In this document: positions 24,761 to 36,290 of the stretch, in pieces
Layout: the number at the start of each line of letters is the position of its first letter
Numbering within the stretch: position 1 is the first letter of the stretch
From: Camelus ferus
Lineage: Eukaryota
Length of the DNA: 64,000 bases
NCBI RefSeq assembly: GCF_009834535.1
Contig: NC_045697.1
Span: 106,084,001 to 106,148,000 of the forward strand
Reading direction: 5' to 3'
The notes under the pieces: generated by a model
Databases searched by the model: none
Told to the model about the DNA's origin: nothing
The model's input: only the letters and a program-made list of their open reading frames with translations
Translations under genes and position numbers: made by a program

Positions 24761-25479
24761 CTCTTACCTCTAATCCAGACAAGTGAGCATTTCTCAGTTT
24801 TTCCTTGAGGGAAACACCCTAAGCTTGCCTCCCCAAAAGAACTGTTTCCTCAGTCCAGGGGAATACTGAATTTTGGTGGTTAGTTTGAGTACTTCTTCCT
24901 TTTACACCACACTCTGTCTGTTCTGAAAATTGAGCATCTGTGATCACTTTATACTTTTTCTGATCCTTTCTGTGAACTAGCAGATTGATTTTTAAGCTTA
25001 TCCTGTTGACATTTTCAGTTCCTAGGAAGTAAGACGTTTGTTTTGCTTGAAGCTTTGTCCCCGTGGATAACTCTACCCTGATGGCACCAGGATTTCAACA
25101 ACCCTCCAAATAAACCTAAGCCCATCTGCTAAAGAACCTAAAAGGAGTCAGAAGTGTGATGAAAGGAAATTGAGCCTTTTGGGCTCACCATCCCCTCAGG
25201 ATTTTCCTTTTTGTTTGGTTTTCATGAAACTTTAAATTTGCTGGGGAACAAATACTGCTTCCTGCAGATTAATGCATGTGTTCTCAGTAATATGAGAAAT
25301 AAGGGGGGAAGGGTGTTGGATAGAGAAAGTTATGACCGGAGAATGTGGGAGGATTAGCTACAGTGAAGGAGAAAAGCTATTTCAGCTTAATGGATTTTAA
25401 AAACTTTTTTCCACTATTATGCTTTAATGTGTGGGGAATCACATTTTCCATGCAGGAAGGCCATTTGGTAGAAATTTAG

Positions 25480-25675
25480 GCACAAGTTAGGTTCAGATTC
25501 AGGCACTGCTAAATTTCTCCACTGGTTCAGCCTGGACTAACTGCATGGTCTGAGCCTCGCTAGTTTCTTCATCCATATCCTGAAAATAATAATATATTCA
25601 TAGCGTAATGCTAAGAATTAAGATCATCTGTCTGCAAGGACCTGATGCATAGTAAGCACTCAACATTATTAGTAT
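25480..25675 (+). mobile_element. MIR SINE
   Basis: GGTTCAGATTCAGGCACTGC...TCTGAGCCTCGCTAGTTTCTTCATCC...ATAGTAAGCACTCAAC. Confidence 0.65.
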
Positions 25676-26499
25676 TTTACTTTTCCAAACCCTTTCTTTA
25701 TGTTTCAGACTCTCTAACCCTCTTTGGGAAAAAGGAATACCTGACCTGCTCCAGTTCAGAGATTTTATCAAAACTTCTAATCACCTAAAATCTAATTTCA
25801 CGTCTTTTTTTTTTTTTTTACTTGCTGGTTTTCCTTCCTTCTTTTCTCACAGTTCTCTGATAAAGAGCAAGATAAAAGATTTCACTTGTTACTTTTTAAA
25901 CTAACTCTTCTTATATGTAAATATTTTTAAAGAGAAACTTGTCATCCTATGGTCTACTCGAGAAACAAATCTTAAGCATCCATGTGTGTGTTGGAGTCCA
26001 GATAAGACTGCATGTTCGTACTGTAAACTACCCTGTCTAGTCGAAGCACACAGAAACGATAGACTGTGTGTCTGTTTGTATGGTTTGTATATACATGCAT
26101 TTCTTAGTCATGCTTCAAAAAACATGTCTCCATGCACCACAAACTGAACAGAAACTCAGAAAAGTCAAGGGCTGAAGCTACTGGCCTGCTGGTTTCCAAG
26201 CCAGGAAATATTCAGAGGTGGCTAAGAGATGACTTTCAAAGAGTAACAGGAGCTAGAGTAGGGTCATCTATAATGAGAGGTTGAAAACTTCAGGAGACTC
26301 CTGAGGATACAGGTTACACACCTGCACAGCCTGTGCAGACTGGAGCTAAGCTCCATTTAGGTAAGTGACCGGATCTGTAATGTCTCCAAGACCACTTACG
26401 TTCTGCTGCCGTGATCAGTTCAGATTCTGCACTGGATGAAATTGCGGTGGAGGTAGGCAACCACAAAGCCAACCAATAAGTAGGGATGGGTAAAAAAGA

Positions 26500-29295
26500 G
26501 GGAGAAAAGGAGACAGGAAAAATAAGCAATTTGAAACAATCCCTACTAAGAAGGGCCTACAGTCAACAGGAATGTGCAGAAAATTAAAACTTCAGAACAA
26601 ATCAACAAGAGCAGTAATTAAGACATGGATTTATTAATAAAATTTTTCAAATGATTGTAAATGAGATAAAGGGAAGAAAAGCAAACATATTTTTAAAAAC
26701 ATACAATGAAGCAAAATTAAGCAGGTACGAATCAAGAATAAATGAATACATAAAAGAACCAATTGGAGAAATTTTGCAAAGAAAAGATGTTAATTAACTT
26801 TTTAAACTACCATGAACAAAATAATGCTCTAGAATAGAAAGACAATCAAAAAGAGAATTACTGAATTAGAAAATAGCCCTGAGGAATTCTTTCAGAACAC
26901 AACTTTGAGAGATGAAGAGAGGAAAAGCACAACAGGAAATTAAGAAACCTGAAGGGTAGAATGAGGCACCAATAAACTTGGGTCTAATAAGTTTCCCCCA
27001 ATTGAGAACAGAGGTAATGACAGACGATATTTATTCAACATGGCTGAGAATTTTCCACATTTCAAGAAAATTGAAAGTGTATATATAAAGCCAAGCTAGA
27101 TAAATGAAAACAAGTTGCTCCATGGACACATTCTAGTGAAATTTCAGAATACAAAGAAGAAATAAAGACTTTGAGAAGAATGTTTTTAAAGTACCTGTAA
27201 AGAAATGACAGTTATACTTACAGCATTGAGATCATCAGCAAAAATGAATGGCAGATGATGATGGAATAAAATCTTCTAAGTACTGGAGCTAAATGACTTG
27301 CAACTTCAAATTCCTGATTCAGCTAAACAAAGTATCATTCTAAAGACAGAGGAGCAAAGATATTTTCAGATATTTAACAAGTAAGAGAATTTACTACCCA
27401 CAGAACCTCATTGGATGAACTACAAAAGCATGCAACTTAACGAGAATAAGAGTTAACTCAGAAATTAAAATACCACAAACATTAATAAAATATTTACCAT
27501 GAGAGTTACTATTTTGTGGTCAAAATATGTGCAAATCTAAAATTCTAAAAGTAAATTCTGTACAATGAAGAGTTAACTTGCTAAATTTCATTTTTTATTC
27601 AAGAGAATAGAAAAAATGAAAATTTTAGACTGATAGAAAAACACATTTGAGTATGTATGTTAATATTTGTAAAGGTAATAAACCAGTAGAGGGGGAAAGT
27701 GAACAAAACAAATTTATCAATCCAACAGAAGGCAGATAAAAAGGAAAATAAGCAATGGAAAAGCATAGTAAATAGAAAACACACAATGTTAAAGATAATT
27801 CCAAACTTAACAGTCTAATAGGTGATGAAGTGAGACATTTAAAAAATTTTTTTAATTAAATTGTACATTCGAAAACTAAAAGAATCCAAATAACATAAGT
27901 TAAAGATTAAATAAAATTAAGATTACAAAATATTTACAATGAAAAATATAAAAGTATTACATAAAAACCTAATAGAATGCAGCTAAAGCATTGTTTAGAT
28001 AGAAATTTTAAACCAATGCAACTATTTTAGAGATATTAAAAACAGGTTAGCTATGGAAGCTATTAAAAGAAAAAGATTATATGTAAAAAAGGCAGAAATG
28101 AGGAAATAAAAACAAGAGCAGACAATAATGAAATAGAAAAATATATATAATCACAAAAGCAATAGAATGTTTCTTAAAAAGACTAATAAAACAAGCAAAC
28201 CTCTAGCAAGGTGCTGATGTGGGTGCTTTATATTACATTACATTAATTTGTTTAATCCTCACAGGAACCCAAATGGTAGATATTATTAAGAGTTGGTACA
28301 AATGAGCACTAATAAGGAAAGAAAAAGGAGAACATGGCTATAAACAGAGATTTTACAAATTGTAGCGAATCCTGAAGACAATTTTTGCCACTACACTGAA
28401 AATGTGTCTTTGTCAATTACCAAAAGTAACTTAAGAAAAGAGCTAAATAGCCGCATACCTGTTTTTAAAAATGGAAATGGCAGTCTAAAGTCTCTCCCTC
28501 TAAAAAGCTATTAGTAAACAGGGTGTTTTATAGAATCATTTTATTAATTTCAAATCCTATCTTATATAAAAAGTTTTATATAATTCAATTAGGAAGTAGG
28601 TTAACAAATTAATATTAGGAAGCTAATATAACTTTGCAAATAAGACCTGACAGAGAATTCAAGAAAATCCAAAATTATAGGTAATCTCATGTGGTAACAT
28701 AGATGAAAAAGTCCTAAACGTAATTTTTGTAAATCAACTCCAGCAGTGTTAACTCATACCTTGTAACCAAGGAAGATTTATCACAGGAACTTAAGAATGA
28801 TTCAATATCAGAAAATATTGCAATGTAATTTGCTCATTGGCAAATGAAAACTATCTAAGACAAAAATATATATACAGCAAAACTTTAAAAATATTTCCAT
28901 TCCACATGAATAAGGCAGTGTTGCCAATTATCACTCCTCATTCATCATTATTCATCGTTGTACCAAAGTTTCTAACCACGGCAGGTCTACCAGAAAAATA
29001 AATAAAGCATAAGGATTGGTAAAGAGTAAATAAAGCAATAATTATTTATAAAGCCCATTTATCAATAAGCAGGATATATGATAATTTCCAAATAAACAAT
29101 TAGAACACATAATAAAGTTTAGCAAGATGATTAGGTATAAGATTAATATATAGAAAATCAAAAGGAATGTTTATATTTTAATATATTAAGTATATAAAAC
29201 AAAAATAACCAATTAAATTAAAATAGAAAAGGATACTTATTTTAATAGCAACAAAAATTATAATGTACCTAGGAAAATACCCACAAAAATATGGA
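26500..29295 (+). mobile_element. Old, internally deleted L1 (L1ME-type): ORF1 and ORF2 remnants
   Basis: A-rich sense strand; ORF1-like GAGAATTACTGAATTAGAAAATAGCCCTGAGGAATT and ATGGCTGAGAATTTTCCA; ORF2-like GAATGCAGCTAAAGCA, CATAGATGAAAAAGTCCTAAAC, AGTTTAGCAAGATG, TAATAGCAACAAAAATTATAATGTACCTAGGAA. Confidence 0.75.
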
Positions 29296-29300
29296 AGCCC

Positions 29301-29754
29301 TGTATTCATTTCCTAGGATGGCCTTAACAAAGTAGCATAAACTGAATGGCTTAAACAAACAGAAATGTATCGTCTCACAGAGCTGGAGACTAGAGGTCTG
29401 AAATTAAAGTGTTAGCAGGGCCATATTGTCTTTAAACCTTCTAAGGAAAGACCTTCCTTGCCTCTTCTAGCTTCTGATAGCCCCAGGGGCTCCTTGGTTA
29501 GTAGACGAATAAATCCAATCTCTGCCTCCATCTTCATGGGGTGCTTTCCCTGTGTGTCTGTGTCTTCACGTGGTTGTCTTCTTATAAGGGCAACAGTCAG
29601 ATTAGATTAGGGCCCCACTCAATTCCAGTATGACCTCACCTTAACTAATTACATCTGTAATGACCCAATTTCCAAGTAAGATCACATTCTGGGTACTGGG
29701 GTGAGGGGATGAAGACTTCAACGTATTTTGGGGGTCACAATTCAACTCATAACA
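29301..29754 (-). mobile_element. MLT1C-like MaLR solo LTR, full length
   Basis: TGTATTCATTTCCTAGGATGGCCTTAACAAAGTAGCATAAACTG...GGCTTAAACAAACAGAAATG ... CACAATTCAACTCATAACA; TG...CA ends. Confidence 0.9.
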
Positions 29755-29779
29755 ATCCAAAAATTCAACCTGGTATCTA

Positions 29780-30300
29780 AGGACATAGAAGACCTGTATC
29801 ACTGCCCAAAAGACAAAGACCATCAGGAACACCTGTCTTCAAATTGACCTGTGGTCAATTCTACAGACTACTGGGCTCAGCAGGGAGGACTGCATGAGAT
29901 GGGGAACAGTGGGGCATCTCAGTAAGAAGAACTTGTGTAGGGAGGGTTCTGATAGGATTTAGGCATGTGTGGAGGATTTGGGGAGGGCTTAAGGAAGTGA
30001 GGGATTATTCTGGACTGGATGATGTGAGAAAACAAAGGTAACTGCTTAAGGGTTGCAGGTTATTGGAGATCTTAACATCACTAAGAGGTGTGAGGAAGCA
30101 AGTGGAGCTAATTCTGTAACTGGCAAAGAAGCAACACTCACTCTCATTAGCTGGGAAGGGCAGGGTGTAGTTTGCGTGGTGCACTGGTCTTTGTCTGTGC
30201 CTTTAGGTAATGACTTTGTTTTAGTCTTACTCCATCACAGTCTCAATGACCTTATCTTATGGGTTCTGTGACATTGTACACTGTTACAGACTCATGAGGT
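29780..30300 (-). mobile_element. Ancient LTR fragment (LTR78-like)
   Basis: AAAGAAGCAACACTCACTCTCATTAGCTGGG...TGACTTTGTTTTAGTCTTACTCCATCACAGTCTCAATGACCTT resembles recalled LTR78. Confidence 0.5.
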
Positions 30301-32677
30301 TTCTGTTTTTATTTTTGTTTGGGGGCTAAAATCCAGCAGTATTATTAGAGTTGATTCTAGCACTCAGGATATTTTATTCTAAAAAATTACACTTTGATGA
30401 TCTGTAACTTCTCAGAAAGTGAGAATCTTAGGTCTCATTTTCTGAAACATTTTTACTTCTTTGTCCAAGCCTAGTACAGGTGTAAAATAGTTTCAGAATT
30501 GTTAACTCATATCTTGTATGGTAATATTTTATTTTTGCAACAAACACCTTTTAGTAGCCATGAACTGAAGAAAATGTCTACATTCAATTAAAAAATAATA
30601 ACTAAATTTATTTCTTGAAAAAAATAATAAAAATTTCCAATAGTTATCTTAAGAAGATTATGCCCAAAGATAGTGACCTAAAATGTATAGACTCAGAAGA
30701 TGCCTTTAAGTATAACTTTGTGACAACTTAGCAAGTATGACATTGGTTTAATTACTAAATGGAATTTTGTTTATTTTCAATTCCAAGTTTTCTTTTAACA
30801 ATCTCCAAGTTAAGTGATAGCTGTTACTGTATTAACTCTATTAGCAGAAGAAGATAATTACACAAAGCATATTATATGAATATCATCAGATCCTGCAAAA
30901 AGAAGTATCAGTTAAGTCTGATAATGATATGGTTTTTTCATATACTTCATGGCACTGATGTAAGTTTATAGAATTTCATTCTTTGAAAGATGAGAAATCC
31001 TACATTTTTTATAAATGCTTTTGTAAATTCAGTTAGAAAGTTCAACATAGAAGATACAATTTTTGTTTTTGCAATGGTCATATCAATACAAATTTTGTGA
31101 GGAGTAGGATTATTCTTCAGGGTGTGAGAGCTCCCCCTCTGACCTCCTGATTCTGCTTAATTGAGATTTCTGTTTATTAATTTTTAACACTGTGAAAATA
31201 CTTTGGTTGAAATATTCATATGTATCAATACAAAAATTTACATTCGAGAATATTCTCCATTTAGCAGAATTTGCCCTGAGCTATTTATGTCAGCACATAC
31301 AAAAAGAATGTTTTCTTAATTCCAAATAATGTAATCCATGGAGAACATTCAATGGAATATGTCAATTTTAAATTTGTTAATCATAAAGTGCAATTTAGAA
31401 GATATTGTGGGCAATTTTATGAAAAAAAATAAAAATGAGACCTGATTTGAGAAAAATACCAGTGGCATTGTATTAAAGAATTACAGCTATGTAATTCATT
31501 AACATGTGTGATTTTAAAATGTAAATTAATAACAAGAACAAATATTCTGCTTATCTTATTTTTAATGTTCAAATAATCAATAAAAAAGATTTTGGTATGT
31601 TACATTAAGGCATATAGATGTATGCTATTTTTTTTAAGAATTTTGTGTTTAAAAATAGTTTTCAATAGAATTATTTTATAGAACCACCAATCTAATAAAA
31701 TTAGTTAATTGAAAAATAACAAATTTTAGCCATTTTGGGTACTGCCTTTACTCTCACAATTGTTTAGTTTAGATGATTTGTTTTTTTCATTAGCTTTTTT
31801 TGTGACCTGCTACTGTCTATATATTTTCCAGTACTTGTAGAATCCAAGACTGATGCCTTTCATTTTTGGTAAAACCCTTGCTAGCCTCTTCTGCCTGGTT
31901 GAGCAGTCTAGTTTAAAAGCCTCTGAATAAAAAGAGCATTTCTCAAAAATGTGTGGTAGGTTTAGGCACATAGCATAATCTTTGCTCTCAGGAATCTTTT
32001 TTGTTGTTGTTGTTTTTCTCATCAGTTAAAGTTATGCACATGAAACAACTGATTGGGGTCAGTGTAAACTGGTGCCAAATAGCATCATCAAACACACAAA
32101 TAAATGATGTACATTCACTCTGGCAGAAGAAAAAAGCACTAAGGATGGTTTTTCTGGGAAAGGTTATAAGGTAACCCTACGACTGGTTGCTGAGAAAACT
32201 AGCTAAACTTTGAGTGGACAAGGAGAAAATGGGAGGGGTACCATGAATTAGGGCAGAAGGATGGCTTTCTTTGGTGATCAGTAGATAGGATGGTAAGGTA
32301 GAGGTATTTTGCAAGCAGCATAGAATGCAAGAGGTAAAGATTTGAACTTCAGCTGAGGGTCTAGAAATTCACTGGATGAGGGACTTGGGTGGGAGGGCTA
32401 TATGTTGCTAGATGGATTAGAGAATAGGACATTCATATTTAAGAAAATTCTGAGACATAGTAAGAAGTCCAGATTAGAACTGATGAGGTTCTGGACTAGC
32501 AGAATGAAGTAGACAGTGAAAAGAAAAGAAAGGGAAATCCAAGAAGCATTTTGAAAAAAAGGAGAATTGGTAAACAACCTTACATAAGACACTTTAAAAA
32601 ATGGAATTCTTTGGTTTTTTACTTCAAAGACTTCGCATTGGCTAGCCTGGGAGTCAGGATCCAATAAGAACTTTTTC

Positions 32678-32812
32678 TATATGTTGTACAGCACAGGAAT
32701 ATAGCCAGTATTTTATAATAACTTCAAATGGAGTATAAACTATAAAAATTTGAATCACTATGTTGTACATCTGAAACTAATATGATATTGTAAATCAACT
32801 AGACCTCAATAA
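32678..32812 (+). mobile_element. Cetartiodactyl-type L1 3' end fragment
   Basis: GTACAGCACAGGAATATAGCCAGTATTTTATAATAACT...GAATCACTATGTTGTACATCTGAAACTAATATGATATTGTAAATCAACT. Confidence 0.85.
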
Positions 32813-32814
32813 CA

Positions 32815-33180
32815 AGGAACACATTTGATAATTCAACATATGTAACTATGAACACTACTGATTTTTCTTTTTTTATGAGAAATACATGAGATTGTATTGA
32901 TCAGAATTTGTAGGTCACAATCCACTAGAAGTACCACAAACAATCAAGATGACAGTGTACATGTATGTATCTCAGTTATCAATGATAAAATACAAATTCT
33001 GATCAATCATGCTAGGAGAAAAAAATGACTTAACTTTCTATATTCTCTACAAAAATGATATTGCAAAATCATTAATAAATAAAGAGGCAATTAAAGTATG
33101 GGAGCCAAAATGGAGAAAAAAAACACAGAAATACCTCAAATAGTTACTTAATAAAAACATTATGCTTTTTCTGGGGAACA
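32815..33180 (+). mobile_element. Zaphod-like hAT (Tip100) transposase C-terminal fossil
   Basis: CAGTTATCAATGATAAAATACAAATTCTGATCAATCATGCTAGGAG = QLSMIKYKF*SIML, resembling the hAT dimerisation motif (LxxIKxxxRSTMxxERL); followed by Zaphod-like AAAGAGGCAATTAAAGTATGGGAGCCAAAA. Confidence 0.65.
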
Positions 33181-34648
33181 AATCCCTGAAATTATATACG
33201 TGTTGATATGATCATCTAGTTATAACATGTATCCTAGGAGGCTCACTTAATAATTAAGTCATAACAAACACACAAAATAAAATTTCTAGGAAAGGATGTT
33301 TTTGTGTTTCAGTAAAATGAGTCGTCAGTGGTGATGGAAATGTTGCCAGGATGCCACTCAACTGACTTGCACAGATCTAATGCTCCGAGGATTAGTCACT
33401 CACAAAAAGTTGATAGGCATTGTTAAAATGTAAACTAGGTAACACACGAAGCCATTAGGATCCATTAACATCTTGAACCAATTCAACTGATCAAATTAGC
33501 TAACCTATTCTAAAAGGTGAGGAAAAGGGGGAGGGAGCAAGAACAGCAGGGGAATTTTTTTGTGTGGGAAGAGAGGTCATTAGAGAAGTCCAAGCCAGGT
33601 AAGTGTAGTTTCCTTGATGTTGCCTCATTTGGGCCTCCATTGTGAATCCTTCTTCTTTTTAGATTTTTAACATCCACCCATTTTGTCTTCCAGGGAGGTA
33701 ATACGGAGTACGATAAAGAAGAAGGGACTGAGAATCAGAAGATCCTATGACAAATTTTTGTAAAATGAAGGGCCTTAGACTACAAATGTAATGCCTGATC
33801 CAGCTGCTCAATTCTATAAAACAGCCACCCACATTTTAATTTTCATAGGGTTGTGGATTTTTTTTCTTTTTTGGTGGGTGGTATTTTTCTTTTAGCACAA
33901 GGGGTTTTATAAATAAACTACACTTTTATCAAGAAAATCACCTATATGAAATTCTGACACATTGATGATTCTTCAAAGACATATATCTTCCGACTCTGAA
34001 GATTAGCCAGGTATCTTGGTTTATGATGAAGATCTATAGGACCTACATTTGCAAAGGCCATATCAGTTTTTTTTATAACCATATTTCACTTATTACACTG
34101 TCCCAATATATATGTTCCATTAGTCATCTAACTATGTGAGAGATTTTACTTCCAGACTAACCATTACATCATCATTGAAACAACCAAATTTACAAAGAGT
34201 TTAGTCTTTATTATATATGTTGTCAAAATGCAGAAAGATTACATTGATATATCTCTTCCTGTTACATCCTTTTCATTTTTGTGGATTATAAGCAACTGTC
34301 AAGCCTCTGGAGTTTCATAAAATTATCATCCTGCTATCAAAAATAAAGTTACTTTTCTGACACCCTTGGCTTTTCTTCTGTACAGACTTACTTCTAGGAA
34401 TACTGTTTAAGATACCTAATATGCCTTCAACTAAGATGAAACCGCAGTTATATGCAAGGGAAAGTGAAACTGGGATTATCTGCGACAATATGACATGCCA
34501 GGAGATCTGTTATCTGGGATTTATGCTTATGAAGAAAATCAAAATCTTCGTTTTGGAAAATGCATCTTAAATTTGAATACCTTTATATTGGTAGAGTCTT
34601 TATTGAGGAGAATTATTTAGTCAAGATGGAGGGAAGAAGAGAAGGAAG

Positions 34649-35155
34649 TGTGGAGTCCACAGACACCTGGCAGATTCCCACTCCAAGGCCCCGCAAGCTT
34701 CCAGTTGCTGCCCTTCAAAGACAACAAAGAACAATCTTTTCTTAATACCTACACCTTGGCTGAACTAACTACTCTAGACAATGATCAACCTCACAATGCC
34801 TGGAAGCCTAGCCACCAGGACCGGTCACAATCCTCTATCAAAATCCCCAGCCCTACTCTTTCTGGACCTCCTCCCTTCCCTGTCACCTCAACATCAATCA
34901 ACCAGAGAAGTGTGCATGAGCTGATTAGGCACCTCGCAACCCCTTTTGTGCCCACTGTCACCAAGCACAAGAAGTGAAAGGTTACCCTCCCTTATAAAAG
35001 ACCTCAGCAACCGACCCTCGGGGCACACAGACCCCTCTCGTCTGTGGCCCAGCTGTTGCCTATAGCAGAGTATCTAACAAACTCCTTTCCTATCTTCCTC
35101 CTTTGTCTTTGATAAATTCTTTTACCAGCTGTGCACCAGCCCTCTGGATCCTACA
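34649..35155 (+). mobile_element. ERV1-like solo LTR (507 bp), subfamily not recognised
   Basis: Ends TGTGGAGTCCA...TGGATCCTACA (imperfect inverted termini); flanks GAAG/GCAG (4-bp TSD, 1 mismatch); TATAAAA at 34993; degenerate polyA signal AACAAA near 35077; pyrimidine-rich U5. Confidence 0.75.
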
Positions 35156-36290
35156 GCAGGAAGGCCTGAAGGAGGAGGAGGAAGGAAGGAAAACAGTATG
35201 GGTCAGTTTTCTCAATTGAAGAAGACAGGGCAACACCAATTACATTAATCAGAAAGTGTTTTATTAAGAAATATACACTAAAAAAACCATTGGGATGGCA
35301 GAAAAAAACAGGGGTGCAGGAGGAGTTTCATGAATCACTCCTTGTATCACCCCAGGAACTGGACTGCCAAAACTGGAAAACTATGAATCAGAAAGCTACC
35401 CCATAGCCACTGGCCTCAGAACCACGAGGCCAGGTCACTGTACTCCAGTAGTGCAAATGCTTTGTGCTCTCCTCTTATCCCTACAGAACATTTCCAAAGC
35501 AAAATTTTGTATGGAAGGGATAGAAATTATAGTTTGTATTATTATTATTTATTATTATATTGTAAATGTATGTTTTACAATGTGGAAAACTAGCAAAATG
35601 TGTAGAGACTTCTAAAAATAATTGGAGGAAACACAAATAGGAGAAGTCCAAAGTGGAATTTGTTTAATAACCCCCAAACTTGAAAGTTGTAAGCATTTAT
35701 TCCAGAAAGAGATAGTAGTCTTGAAGGGAATGTACCTAAGCTAGCACATTTGTTCAAAACTTTCGGCAAACCTATTTAGAATTTTGTTTAAGTTTTTTCT
35801 TTTTCTTTCCCCCTTAGTTGCTTAAAAATACTTTAAAAATGAGAATTTTTGATCCCTCAATATTCCTGCCATTGGAATAACAGGAATTACTTCTGAGGAG
35901 GTCAGTCAGTCTGAGTATCATTTTATTATCCTTTCTTTTCTTGATTATTTATATAGAAAAGTCTCCATCCATTGATCTACAAGTATTAATTTTTAACAGC
36001 CTGCTTCTTAAATTGTAAATAGGTTTTTTTAATATAAAAAGAATGAGTCTTATCAACATATTACTGATATTTATTTGAATAAGAAAGCTAAAACCAAAAT
36101 AAAACCCAAAGTTCTTCAATTTCTAGAAACAAAAGTACATATATAAGGGATAAAAAAGAAAAATGGCTTCCCTTTCGGTTGATGCTACATGTTTCAAGAG
36201 TCTTGGTAACTAGTTCAAGAGAGTTAGCAGCAAAATGCTAAAAAAAAAAAACCAAAAAAGACTGGATTATTTGACTTTTTATAATAAATT

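Noticed and set aside
33694..33760. Exon after TTTTGTCTTCCAG
   Set aside because: Sequence resembles a MIR 5' end (GGGACTGAGAATCAGAAGATCCT) and has no good donor
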